Positions 11,596 through 20,225 are shown, counted from the stretch's first letter. The stretch is DNA of 32,000 nt from Prochlorococcus sp. MIT 0801 (GCF_000757865.1 NZ_CP007754.1:960001-992000); one strand, 5' to 3'. Notes: generated by a model not told the origin, from the sequence alone. Made by a program: numbers and translations.

Positions 11596-11814
11596 TCATT
11601 TTTCGCTTCTTGCCAACTTACGGCCTAGAGGATCAGAATTTGGAACAATGTATGTTTCATTTGCAAAAGAAATTTGATCTCCATCAATTAATTTCCTACC
11701 TCTTCTTTTTTCCACCATGCCATTTACTGATATTTTTCCTGAATTAATAATCATTTTGGCTTCACCTCCAGTCTGAACGATACCCATAAATTTTAAAAAT
11801 TGATCTAATTTCAT
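11596..11814 (-). CDS. S4-domain RNA-binding protein (YbcJ-like)
   Basis: 72 aa with ATG start. Pattern KLDQFLKxxGxxxTGGEAKxxIxxGxIxVNGxxExRRGRKL is typical of small stand-alone S4 domain proteins. It lies directly upstream of tpiA on the same strand. Confidence 0.8.
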   Translation of the reverse strand: MKLDQFLKFMGIVQTGGEAKMIINSGKISVNGMVEKRRGRKLIDGDQISFANETYIVPNSDPLGRKLARSEK

Positions 11815-11852
11815 TTACGTGCTTTTAAATTAAACATTGATAGTTTGATGGA

Positions 11853-13589
11853 ATGAAACAAAAAAACAAAATAAATTTTATTTACCTGATAGGGAAACTA
11901 AAGGGACATTTGCCAACATTGCTTTTGGGTGGGATAAGCATGTTTATATACGTAATTTGTTGGCCAATACTTGCATGGTTATCAGGCAAGTTAATACCTG
12001 CTATTGGTCAAGGCAATACAAAACAAGTATTGATTGTCATTTTACAAGCCTTAATTATTTTTATCATTCAAAAAACAGCACAATATCTTCAAGATAGTCT
12101 TTTAGCAAAACCAGCATTAGCCATAAGCCAAGACCTACGAACAACACTATTTAGAAAACTTCAAAGAACTAATATTCTTTTTATCGAAAAGCTTTCATCT
12201 GGTGATATTGCATACAGACTTACAGAGGATGTTGATCGAGTTGGGGAGGTTATATATAAATCCATTCAAGATACAACACCATCGATATTTCAATTATTAG
12301 CAGTATTTGGTTATATGATATTTATTGATTGGAATTTATCACTTGCAACGATCATATTAGCGCCATTAATTGCTTTGTTAGTAAGTGATTTTGGTGGGAG
12401 AGTATTAAAAGCATCTGAACAAAGTCAAGACAAAATCAGTTCATTAGCAGGTTTGCTATCAGAGGCAGTTCAAGGTCTACCCATGGTTAAAGCATTTGCT
12501 GTAGAGGCATGGCTTCAAGATCATTTTGAAAAACAAGTTAAATTACACAAAGAGGCTAAATATAAGATGCTTAGGCTTGTAGCCCTTCAGCATCCAATAG
12601 TCGGATTAATAGAAATAATAGGTATTTTAGGAATCCTCACAATTGGAACTTATAGAATACAAACAGGAGGTATGTCTAACGAGGAATTTGGCAGTTATTT
12701 TACAGCCTTAATAATGTTAATTGATCCAATAAGCCATATTACTACAAACTATAACGAATTAAAGCAAGGACAAGCTTCACTAAGAAGATTAAATGAAATA
12801 ACAACTAAACCATTAGAAATATCTAGTTCAGATAGAAGTATTACTCCTGATAGGATAGCTGGTAAGTTATCATTTAAGGATGTATTTTTCTCATATAATG
12901 ATGATAAAGAGGTTATAAAAAAAATTAATTTAGATATAGATAATGGAAAAATAACCGCATTAGTTGGACCTTCAGGAGCTGGAAAAAGTACAATCTTTTC
13001 ATTAATTTTAAAATTCATAGAGCCATCTAATGGATCAATATTTATTGATAATTATAATTTGAATAGAGTAAATACTAATCACTTAAGAAGATTAATAGGT
13101 ATAGTTCCACAAAAAACATTTATATTTTCAGGGACCATATCAGAAGCAATAAGATTTGGAAGGCCAGCCACTAAAGCGAACATAGTTAATGCAGCAAGAA
13201 TTGCAAATGCTCATGATTTTATTGAAGAATTACCAGACGGCTATGAAACGTTTATAGAAGAAAGGGGTAGCAATCTTTCTGGAGGTCAGTTACAGAGAAT
13301 ATCAATAGCAAGAGCTTTACTAGGAGATCCAACAATTTTATTGCTAGATGAAGCAACTAGTGCCCTAGATGCTGAATCGGAAGAATCTGTTCAGAAGGGT
13401 CTTCAACAAGCAATGCACAATCGAACTGTCTTGGTAATCGCTCACAGATTATCAACAATACAAAAGGCAGACAAAATAGCTGTGATTGAAAAAGGCGAAG
13501 TACTTGAAGTAGGTAGCCATAAAGAATTGATTAATAGGCAAGGAAGATATAAGGATTTTTGCGATAAACAATTTATCAAGAGCAATTAA
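11853..13589 (+). CDS. ABC exporter, fused permease/ATPase (MsbA/multidrug type)
   Basis: 578 aa. N-terminal six-helix-type TMD. Walker A GPSGAGKST, signature LSGGQLQRISIARAL, Walker B ILLLDEATSALD, H-loop IAHRLST. No N-terminal C39 peptidase domain. Confidence 0.9.
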   Translation: MKQKNKINFIYLIGKLKGHLPTLLLGGISMFIYVICWPILAWLSGKLIPAIGQGNTKQVLIVILQALIIFIIQKTAQYLQDSLLAKPALAISQDLRTTLFRKLQRTNILFIEKLSSGDIAYRLTEDVDRVGEVIYKSIQDTTPSIFQLLAVFGYMIFIDWNLSLATIILAPLIALLVSDFGGRVLKASEQSQDKISSLAGLLSEAVQGLPMVKAFAVEAWLQDHFEKQVKLHKEAKYKMLRLVALQHPIVGLIEIIGILGILTIGTYRIQTGGMSNEEFGSYFTALIMLIDPISHITTNYNELKQGQASLRRLNEITTKPLEISSSDRSITPDRIAGKLSFKDVFFSYNDDKEVIKKINLDIDNGKITALVGPSGAGKSTIFSLILKFIEPSNGSIFIDNYNLNRVNTNHLRRLIGIVPQKTFIFSGTISEAIRFGRPATKANIVNAARIANAHDFIEELPDGYETFIEERGSNLSGGQLQRISIARALLGDPTILLLDEATSALDAESEESVQKGLQQAMHNRTVLVIAHRLSTIQKADKIAVIEKGEVLEVGSHKELINRQGRYKDFCDKQFIKSN

Positions 13590-13630
13590 AATAGAATTAA
13601 TGCTATATTAAAGATATTATTCCTAATTAA

Positions 13631-13858
13631 ATGTCAAATACTCTATCAAACGAAAACGAAGCTATTTTAACATTTGAGGATAAAAAATATAACATTAAGA
13701 GCTTACCCAAAGAAGTACAAGAACTTATTAAAGGTATGCAAGTTGCAGACGCTCAATTAAGGATGCACGAAGACACACTAAAAGTTCTAGCAGTGGGGCG
13801 ACAGCATTTAATTATGCAACTAAAATCAAAACTGGAAACAATAAATCCAATAAACTAA
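13631..13858 (+). CDS. small conserved hypothetical protein (predicted coiled-coil)
   Basis: 75 aa ORF with ATG start and a coherent helical amphipathic sequence. No recognisable motif. Confidence 0.5.
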   Translation: MSNTLSNENEAILTFEDKKYNIKSLPKEVQELIKGMQVADAQLRMHEDTLKVLAVGRQHLIMQLKSKLETINPIN

Positions 13859-14006
13859 TTAATTAAACATATAATTAAAGAAAACTATCATGGCCTATAA
13901 AAATAATAAATAGTAAATTTACTTATAAATTTATAACGTTAAATAATTTGTTGCGCTAAACGCATTAGAGCTATGACATGAGAGAATCTAAAGAAAAAAT
14001 AAAGAG

Positions 14007-14297
14007 ATGGGAACCAAAGGCTATTGGCTTAAACAGGCCAAAATAGAAAGCACAGCTCAATTCATAGAATACGTAAAAACCGTAGTTCCATGGCTTAGGT
14101 CAGTTGGTGGAACGATCATTGCTAAAGATGTAAACCAAAACTCAGATTTAAACGAATGGGATGGCGGACAATTAGGAGTAATTGTTGAATTTGAATCTAA
14201 GGCCGCAGCTCAACAAGCCTTTAATTCATCTGAATTTCAAGAATACATAAAATATAGTGGAATTGAAAATCAGTTATCGCTATCAATAATCGGATAG
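14007..14297 (+). CDS. DUF1330-like protein (dimeric alpha/beta-barrel type)
   Basis: 96 aa with ATG start. Pattern GYWLxxAKIxxxxxFxEYxxxxxPWLxxxGG..IAKD...EWDGGQLGVIVEFES..AAQ resembles DUF1330. Confidence 0.6.
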   Translation: MGTKGYWLKQAKIESTAQFIEYVKTVVPWLRSVGGTIIAKDVNQNSDLNEWDGGQLGVIVEFESKAAAQQAFNSSEFQEYIKYSGIENQLSLSIIG

Positions 14298-14338
14298 CTT
14301 AACTATCAATATGAAAAAATAACTAGAAGAGATTTATT

Positions 14339-14566
14339 ATGATAAGAGATTCATCAACTCTTCAAAAAGGTCAACTATTAAGAGTTGAAATAAACGAAGT
14401 TAAAGATCGACTACCTCTAAATATACTAGAAGATATTAGAAAGGAACCTATTGTCGAATTAGTTGGCTATAAAATGGTAGATGGAAATGAATTTGGACTA
14501 GTGGTTAAACTAAATAATGGTGCGATAAATTGGTTTTTCGAAAAGGAATTGTCTGAGATAATGTAA
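14339..14566 (+). CDS. small conserved cyanobacterial protein (SH3-like, DUF2862-like)
   Basis: 75 aa with ATG start. Pattern GQLLRV...DRLP...VGYKMVDGNEFGLVVKLNNG..NWFFEKEL. Family call is tentative. Confidence 0.5.
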   Translation: MIRDSSTLQKGQLLRVEINEVKDRLPLNILEDIRKEPIVELVGYKMVDGNEFGLVVKLNNGAINWFFEKELSEIM

Positions 14567-14665
14567 TTAATACCTAGGAAGAGTATATTTAATATAACTA
14601 AAAGATACATATTAAGATAACAAATGATTAATAACGTATATTGACATTAACTAATTTAAAAGATT

Positions 14666-14806
14666 ATGCCTTACAACCAAATCACAGTGGTAATTGGTGG
14701 ACTTATGCATATTCCTGTAATTATACTAGTTCTAAGATTTATTGAGAATAGATTTAATAATAGAAACTGGACTGACGAAGAACTTAATTATAATAAAATA
14801 GTCTGA
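14666..14806 (+). CDS. 46-aa single-pass membrane miniprotein (hypothetical)
   Basis: Hand-translated ORF below the track cutoff: MPYNQITVVIGGLMHIPVIILVLRFIENRFNNRNWTDEELNYNKIV. One hydrophobic helix. It fills an otherwise empty 300-bp gap. Confidence 0.3.
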   Translation: MPYNQITVVIGGLMHIPVIILVLRFIENRFNNRNWTDEELNYNKIV

Positions 14807-14868
14807 TAATATATTAACAAGGAAATATTTATAATTAGCTTAATTAATCATAGGTAATATTATAAGGA

Positions 14869-15480
14869 ATGAAAACTATTATAATTACAGGACCATCTGG
14901 CTCAGGCAAGTCTTATTTAAGTAAAAAAATTGCTAAATTATTTAGCAATTCAATAGTAATAAAAACAGATTCATATTATAAAGATAATATATTCATCAGA
15001 TTATTATCAATATTACAATATGATATATATGATAGGCCTATTAGTTTCAAGAAAAATGAAATAAAGAAGACTATTAGATCTTTACATAATAAAAAAAGAT
15101 TAATATCATTTTATAAATATGACTTCAAAAGAAAATATTCATCAAAATCAGAAGAAAGCATTGACTATGATGGTGAAAATCAATTCCTAATATTAGAAGG
15201 GATATTTTCTCATAGGTTAGATTTAAACTATAACGAGACTATAAATATTGTATGTGAAGAGGAAAAAGCCATTTGTTTTAAAAGAAGACTAATAAGAGAT
15301 CAACTAGAAAGAGGAAGAGATAGTAGAGAAGTAATTAAAAAATTCAATAAGTCATGGTATTTATATTATGAGAATGTACAAAACTATCTGAATAACTTTG
15401 AGGTATTGTCAATAAATCCATTAGATAGGATTTCATATGATCAATTAGTTTTATATTTACAAAAACAAAAAACTAACTAA
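14869..15480 (+). CDS. P-loop nucleoside/nucleotide kinase, uridine kinase (PRK/Udk) family-like
   Basis: 203 aa with ATG start. N-terminal Walker A IIITGPSGSGKSYL followed by DSYYKD, as in uridine/cytidine kinases. Very Lys/Ile/Asn-rich. Confidence 0.65.
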   Translation: MKTIIITGPSGSGKSYLSKKIAKLFSNSIVIKTDSYYKDNIFIRLLSILQYDIYDRPISFKKNEIKKTIRSLHNKKRLISFYKYDFKRKYSSKSEESIDYDGENQFLILEGIFSHRLDLNYNETINIVCEEEKAICFKRRLIRDQLERGRDSREVIKKFNKSWYLYYENVQNYLNNFEVLSINPLDRISYDQLVLYLQKQKTN

Positions 15481-15542
15481 TTTAAAAAAATAATTAATTT
15501 ATTTAGATTAGTTAGTTTATTGCATCTTAAAATTTATAGTTC

Positions 15543-15692
15543 CTACTTTTTCACCTCTGGCGCATTCATACCATCGTAGTCAGGACCAACCATAAGTCCT
15601 ACAATTGCAAACAAAGCAATTGACGCAACTCCAACTAAAACTGCTGTTGGGGCAGGAGTACTAGTAAGACCAGTAAATAATAAATTACCCAT
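15543..15692 (-). CDS. 49-aa hydrophobic miniprotein, paralogue A
   Basis: Hand-translated: MGNLLFTGLTSTPAPTAVLVGVASIALFAIVGLMVGPDYDGMNAPEVKK. ATG at 15692, TAG at 15543-15545. Clear paralogue of the 15980-16132 product. Confidence 0.6.
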   Translation of the reverse strand: MGNLLFTGLTSTPAPTAVLVGVASIALFAIVGLMVGPDYDGMNAPEVKK

Positions 15693-15979
15693 AAAAGAGG
15701 AATAAAGCTAGTTATAAATAGCAGAAAAAAGGAATCAATATATTTATAAGTAACTAGTTTTGAACTAAAAATCTAGAAACAGACGTTTTGATACACATAT
15801 ATGAAAGAATTGTTTAAATGCTTGAAAATATTCTATACAAATTTAACTATTAATCGTACACGTAATATTTAAAGCATATGTCTGGAAGGAATCAATTGAT
15901 TAAGATAGGATTATTTTAAAACATAAAAAAATGGGTAAACATGGAAAACATATCAACCCACTTAATTTAACTAGATAGC

Positions 15980-16132
15980 CTATTTATTAGATGTATTTGG
16001 ATCATTGAAACCATCGTAATTAGGACCAACTACGACAGCCATAATTCCAAATAGAGCCATAAAAGCGATGCCTACGATTGGAGCAGTAGGAGCTGGTGTA
16101 CTTAGTAGTCCAGCGAAAGTTAAAGGAAGCAT
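15980..16132 (-). CDS. 50-aa hydrophobic miniprotein, paralogue B
   Basis: The track ORF extends to 16204, but alignment with paralogue A supports the internal ATG at 16132: MLPLTFAGLLSTPAPTAPIVGIAFMALFGIMAVVVGPNYDGFNDPNTSNK. Confidence 0.6.
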   Translation of the reverse strand: MLPLTFAGLLSTPAPTAPIVGIAFMALFGIMAVVVGPNYDGFNDPNTSNK

Positions 16133-16445
16133 GTTCTTTAGTAAGACCCAATATAAATACCAGCCATTAGGGAATATGACCATTGATATTTTAATTTGTA
16201 ACATTTAAATCTAGCTTAAGTAAGCTATGACTGGGTTTATAAAGAGAATCATGAAGAAATCTCACTGAAACTCAAATCCATGAAAGATAGCCATGCTGCT
16301 GTTTATAGAACATATTGATTGATTCAAAAATAAAAAATATAAAAGATGAAAAATATAATTTAATATCCAATGAACTTCAATCAAAATATAAGAAAAGAAG
16401 TAAATTTGCTAATATAAAAAAATAAAAGAAATTAAAAGTGTCGAA

Positions 16446-16847
16446 GTGATTTCTAACCTACGTCCAATAACACCCGTTGATGAATTTGAACAAGCCTGTA
16501 TACAAGCAAATTTAAATAATAAAGAACAAATGATTATTGACCACATTAGATATGTTGGTGTATTTACTCAACCGTCACTCACTAAAGATCTTAAATTAGA
16601 TTCGAAGCCACCAATATTATCTGTGCTATGTGAAATTTGCAGAAAAATAGGTAACCATATGCCAGAACACTTTAGTAGTGTTAGAGACTGGTCTAAACAA
16701 ATAAATGAGCATAAGGTTAAATGGGACGGAGACCTAATCTGTTCACTGGCATGGAATAAAGACGGAGAGCGATTATCACCAGAGAATGGGACGTGTTTGT
16801 ACCATACATTTGCTGTACACAAAGAATTATTTCAAGGTCTGGATTAA
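16446..16847 (+). CDS. hypothetical protein
   Basis: 133 aa ORF from a GTG at 16446; the first ATG is at 16530 (MIIDHIRY...). No recognisable motif. Sequence complexity is coding-like. Confidence 0.5.
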   Translation: MISNLRPITPVDEFEQACIQANLNNKEQMIIDHIRYVGVFTQPSLTKDLKLDSKPPILSVLCEICRKIGNHMPEHFSSVRDWSKQINEHKVKWDGDLICSLAWNKDGERLSPENGTCLYHTFAVHKELFQGLD

Positions 16848-16868
16848 ATTACTTACATATAGAAATGG

Positions 16869-17069
16869 TTATCCCTGACTAAGGTACTCAAACAAGACAT
16901 TATTAAAACCTAACTCTTCGGCTGAATATTCAAGCATCAAATTATCAGATTCTATTTGAGAACGGAAGTTTCTAATTTCATCGCTTTCTTCTCCTGTTGG
17001 TGGAATGCCGTCGACAACATCAAAGATAATGTTTTGTCGATCGATTTCTGGAAGAACTTCATTTGCCAT
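16869..17069 (-). CDS. acidic hypothetical protein (66 aa)
   Basis: The track ORF begins at a TTG (17090); the ATG at 17069 gives MANEVLPEIDRQN.... Divergent from the NmrA-like gene. Confidence 0.4.
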   Translation of the reverse strand: MANEVLPEIDRQNIIFDVVDGIPPTGEESDEIRNFRSQIESDNLMLEYSAEELGFNNVLFEYLSQG

Positions 17070-17287
17070 AATGATCAAATTTAGTACCAATTAATACATA
17101 GCCAATATCTTGCAACTGTAAAAGCAAATAAAACATACCTTTACGAAAATGCTAGGTTCTGAAAATGACGACAGCAAAGATTTTTAAAAATTAGACCAAG
17201 TTTTATTTGACTAACATTTTTACAGAGAAAAACACAACAATTTTACATAAATTCACCTATGATTTAACTTCGTAGAATATCTGGTAT

Positions 17288-18331
17288 TTGAGCGTGATTG
17301 AGCAAGTAGAAATTTTGGAGTCAGATGTAGAGAAAAAGCCTGTTGTGGCAGTAACTATGGCTACAGGCAGACAAGGTATGGGAGTGGTTAAAGAATTAAA
17401 CCAAACAGATAAATACCTAATACGCGCTATCACAAGAAATATAAAAAGTACAAAGGCTATAGAACTAGGAAATCTAAACAATGTTGAACTAGTTGAAGGA
17501 GATTTAATGGATCCTGAGAGCCTTAAAAAAGCTTTTGAAGGTGTTGATGTAATCTTTGGCAATACTACACCTACCAAAGGTTGGAAATTATTTAGAGGAA
17601 GTATTGTCAGATCTTATGAAATGGAACAAGGCTATAACCTTATAAATCAAGTCAAAACTGCCTACACTAAAGGGCATCTAAATCATTTTATATTTAGCTC
17701 AATCAGTAAAGCAAAAGACCCACTAAAAAATGATCCGGCCCCCGGTCATTTTACGAGTAAATGGGACATTGAAGAATATATAAAAAAATCAGGTCTTAGA
17801 AAAATTACTACTGTCTTAAGACCAGTAAGCTACTTTGAAAACTTTGAAAACAAATTACCTGGCTATACAATTTCAAAGAAAATTTTCCCAGGAATAGTTG
17901 GCAAGAAATTTAAGTGGCAAACAATCGCAGTACAGGATATAGGTAAATGGGTAAGAGGTGTTTTATCTAAACCAGAGAAATATAAAAATCAATCTATCAA
18001 TATTGCCGGAGAAGAGCTAACAGGACTTGAAATGGCGATGACTCTTCAAAGAATAGTTTCTTCAGAAGGAATAAAAACAAATTATGTGATGATCCCGAGA
18101 TTAGCAATTAAGTTATTAGAATATGACATTGGCGTTATGGCAGATTGGATTGAAAGATCTGGTTATGGAGCTGATATGAATAAACTTAAAACGCTTCAGA
18201 AAGAGTTAAATATTGTTCCTACATCTCTTAAAGACTGGCTTATTGCAAAACTTGAAAATCAAGATAATAAACAATATTCATGGGCAAGGCAGTGGAAATC
18301 GTCTCAATGGAAACTTCAATGGGATAAGTAA
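17288..18331 (+). CDS. NmrA-family NAD(P)-binding protein (atypical SDR)
   Basis: 347 aa. The N-terminal VAVTMATGRQGMGVV glycine-rich loop and overall pattern are typical of NmrA-like proteins. The start is a TTG at 17288 (alternative GTG at 17294). Confidence 0.8.
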   Translation: MSVIEQVEILESDVEKKPVVAVTMATGRQGMGVVKELNQTDKYLIRAITRNIKSTKAIELGNLNNVELVEGDLMDPESLKKAFEGVDVIFGNTTPTKGWKLFRGSIVRSYEMEQGYNLINQVKTAYTKGHLNHFIFSSISKAKDPLKNDPAPGHFTSKWDIEEYIKKSGLRKITTVLRPVSYFENFENKLPGYTISKKIFPGIVGKKFKWQTIAVQDIGKWVRGVLSKPEKYKNQSINIAGEELTGLEMAMTLQRIVSSEGIKTNYVMIPRLAIKLLEYDIGVMADWIERSGYGADMNKLKTLQKELNIVPTSLKDWLIAKLENQDNKQYSWARQWKSSQWKLQWDK

Positions 18332-18361
18332 TAAAGAGTATATAATTCGCAAATTGTAATT

Positions 18362-18532
18362 TTATAAACCATTCACCTCAATTGATTTTGCAATTGACCT
18401 TAGCAATTCAACGATCTCACTGTCACTACAACTTGTATCAACCTTAAGCTCTACACATAAATCTCTAATCGATACATTAGTAGACCACCAAATACCTGAT
18501 GTTTCTGTATCGTCAAAACTGAATTTGGACAT
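18362..18532 (-). CDS. 56-aa hypothetical miniprotein
   Basis: Hand-translated: MSKFSFDDTETSGIWWSTNVSIRDLCVELKVDTSCSDSEIVELLRSIAKSIEVNGL. ATG at 18532, TAA at 18362-18364. Convergent with the NmrA-like gene. Confidence 0.35.
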   Translation of the reverse strand: MSKFSFDDTETSGIWWSTNVSIRDLCVELKVDTSCSDSEIVELLRSIAKSIEVNGL

Positions 18533-18553
18533 TAGATTATATCCAAGTACAAG

Positions 18554-18760
18554 CTAAGAAAATTCTTGAGGATCAGTAGATGAATTATCTAAAGTTTTCA
18601 ATTCATCAGGCACTTCCATATCTAAACCTTCTAATAAACTTTTTAAAAGGATTTTATTATTAATATCATTTTTGCCCGATCTGAAATGTAGAAATAAGTA
18701 AAAAAGAGAACCAAAACCAAATATAAGAAAAAAGGAATATAAATATGTATTGTTGATCAT
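18554..18760 (-). CDS. 68-aa single-pass membrane miniprotein
   Basis: ATG start. N-terminal helix YLYSFFLIFGFGSLFYLFLHF followed by an acidic tail. Confidence 0.5.
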   Translation of the reverse strand: MINNTYLYSFFLIFGFGSLFYLFLHFRSGKNDINNKILLKSLLEGLDMEVPDELKTLDNSSTDPQEFS

Positions 18761-18819
18761 TCAGATAAATAATTACAATTTTATATTCATACAAAATCGA
18801 ATAAAAATCAATAAAAGTT

Positions 18820-18831
18820 AAAAAAAAAAAA
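18820..18831. repeat. A12 homopolymer in intergenic DNA
   Basis: Counted directly: 12 consecutive A at 18820-18831. Confidence 0.9.
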
Positions 18832-19088
18832 TATCAAAATGCTAGAACAAACACAATCAGAGCTTATAAAAAAGCATTTAATAAGTATTTATGACTAAAA
18901 GGAGTCGTCGTTTTGACATGCATCTCATTTTCGAGAGAAGCTATGGGAATAGAAAAATCAAGTAAATTCTCAAAATCAAAAGTAAGTAAAATTTATTATT
19001 TAATAAGAACATATTTAATACTTTACATTTACAATTGAAATAAATTTCAAATAAGAGCTTAATATAATTCTAAATAATTTTTAGATTA

Positions 19089-19256
19089 ATGGTAACGAAC
19101 ATAAGTTATATATTTTTAATCTCAATGCTTTTAATTCTTGGTGGGTGGACTTTTAAAGCATTGATATCTTTAGCTCAAGGGAAACCCATAGAAATTAATC
19201 TCAAAAACCCACTTAATTTGAAGGCAAGATGGCCCAAAGAAACTAAAGAGAAGTAA
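19089..19256 (+). CDS. 55-aa single-pass membrane miniprotein (hypothetical)
   Basis: Hand-translated: MVTNISYIFLISMLLILGGWTFKALISLAQGKPIEINLKNPLNLKARWPKETKEK. Confidence 0.35.
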   Translation: MVTNISYIFLISMLLILGGWTFKALISLAQGKPIEINLKNPLNLKARWPKETKEK

Positions 19257-19357
19257 CTAATTATCTAAGAACTAAAACATAAAGTTTTCATTGCGTAATA
19301 AAGGCTTTTGGTCAATTAGTATTAATACAAAATTCATAAGGTTTAAAGGAATTAGAA

Positions 19358-19516
19358 ATGCTTGAATCCTTAGATCCATTCCAGCAACTACTATTAGGCG
19401 TAACTAGTGTTGGGGTACTAATGATACTTTTAGTTATTTTCCTTACAGCAAGTCCTAACTTTGAAAACACAGATAGATTAAAAAAGATCTTGGACTTTTT
19501 TGATAAAAAGAATTAA
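19358..19516 (+). CDS. 52-aa single-pass membrane miniprotein (hypothetical)
   Basis: Hand-translated: MLESLDPFQQLLLGVTSVGVLMILLVIFLTASPNFENTDRLKKILDFFDKKN. Confidence 0.35.
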   Translation: MLESLDPFQQLLLGVTSVGVLMILLVIFLTASPNFENTDRLKKILDFFDKKN

Positions 19517-19665
19517 ATTCTTAATTACAGAAGATCGTGACTACTAATTATTTTAATAACTTAAAGAAAAGGTTCATCAAAATAGCTAATATACTCAAAG
19601 GATAACTTAATCAGATCAATCTATAAAACATAAGTAATGTTGGCAATAAATAATCATTGCTAAAG

Positions 19666-19917
19666 ATGCTAAAGGAATTCTTTGACAATAACAAATACTT
19701 GATTTGTGCAGGCTTAAGTACTTTATCTCTTGTATTTACGTCAATTTCAATCATATCCGTATCAAAGTCGGTTAAGGAGTTATCAACTGACTTGGAACCG
19801 ATTTCAACATGGGCTGACTCACAAAATGAATGCATAACAAAAACATTTCGCATCGACGGAAAAAATACACAAGGAATGCCCTCAAAGGTTTGGAGCTGTA
19901 ATGGAGGAGGACAATAG
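19666..19917 (+). CDS. 83-aa membrane-anchored or secreted hypothetical protein
   Basis: The track ORF starts at a TTG (19657); the ATG at 19666 gives MLKEFFDNNKYLICAGLSTLSLVFTSISIISV (N-terminal helix), then a small domain with 2 Cys ending in GGGQ. Preferred over the overlapping antisense ORF 19611-19853. Confidence 0.5.
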   Translation: MLKEFFDNNKYLICAGLSTLSLVFTSISIISVSKSVKELSTDLEPISTWADSQNECITKTFRIDGKNTQGMPSKVWSCNGGGQ

Positions 19918-19940
19918 GTTATCTTATTTACATTGGAGGC

Positions 19941-20123
19941 CTAAGATTCTCCCCATCTCTTTCCAATTTCATATCCCCATAGCTTTGCAAGTTCAACGAC
20001 ATCTTCATGTGTTTTACAACTAGTAAATAATTTATACTTTTTAGGCGAACTATTAATTAAATTAACTAGTTGATTTAATTGATCAATTTTGTATAGAAAC
20101 CTTTCATAATCTTTTTTCGACAT
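19941..20123 (-). CDS. Nif11-like domain miniprotein (60 aa)
   Basis: ATG start. Pattern FLxKIxxxxxLxxLI......HEDVVELAKLWGYEI matches the Nif11 helical domain (..vvaiAkeaGf.i). Confidence 0.55.
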   Translation of the reverse strand: MSKKDYERFLYKIDQLNQLVNLINSSPKKYKLFTSCKTHEDVVELAKLWGYEIGKRWGES

Positions 20124-20225
20124 TTTATTTTTACAAAAACGATAAATTATAGAATATTTTATCTAATGAATTTAGAGAATTAATATATGTTGAAGAAAAT
20201 AATGTTAAAGATATCACAGTGATAA

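Noticed and set aside
11411-11677. 88-aa plus-strand ORF spanning the tpiA 5' end and the S4 gene 3' end
   Set aside because: It overlaps two motif-supported minus-strand genes.
12749-13018. 89-aa ORF antisense to the ABC transporter, spanning the Walker A region
   Set aside because: It is nested in a CDS with a complete ABC motif set.
11853-13589. Idea that the ABC exporter is the dedicated transporter/protease for the Nif11-type peptides
   Set aside because: It has no N-terminal C39 peptidase domain (the protein starts directly with the TMD). It lies in the core segment 6-12 kb from the peptides, and the peptides lack a GG cleavage motif.
15543-16132. Idea that the two tandem miniproteins are high-light-inducible (Hli/Scp) proteins, which are common in Prochlorococcus islands
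   Set aside because: Neither contains the chlorophyll-binding ExxNGRxAMxGF motif. Only the size and single-helix nature are similar.
16141-16154. NtcA-like site GTA-N8-TAT (gtaagacccaatat) upstream of miniprotein paralogue B
   Set aside because: It is an imperfect half-site (TAT instead of TAC). It lies only about 10-20 nt from the preferred ATG, too close to act as an activator site centred near -41.5.
16568-16822. 84-aa ORF antisense to the 133-aa hypothetical gene
   Set aside because: It is shorter than the sense ORF and nested fully within it, and its composition is less protein-like. I cannot exclude it formally.
17257-17577. 106-aa ORF antisense to the 5' part of the NmrA-like gene
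   Set aside because: It overlaps a motif-supported CDS. Its Ser/Thr/Phe-rich translation has no recognisable features.
19611-19853. 80-aa minus-strand ORF overlapping the 19666-19917 plus-strand ORF
   Set aside because: The plus-strand product has an ATG start, a clear N-terminal helix and a coherent C-terminal domain. The minus-strand product has no such organisation. The choice is a judgement call.
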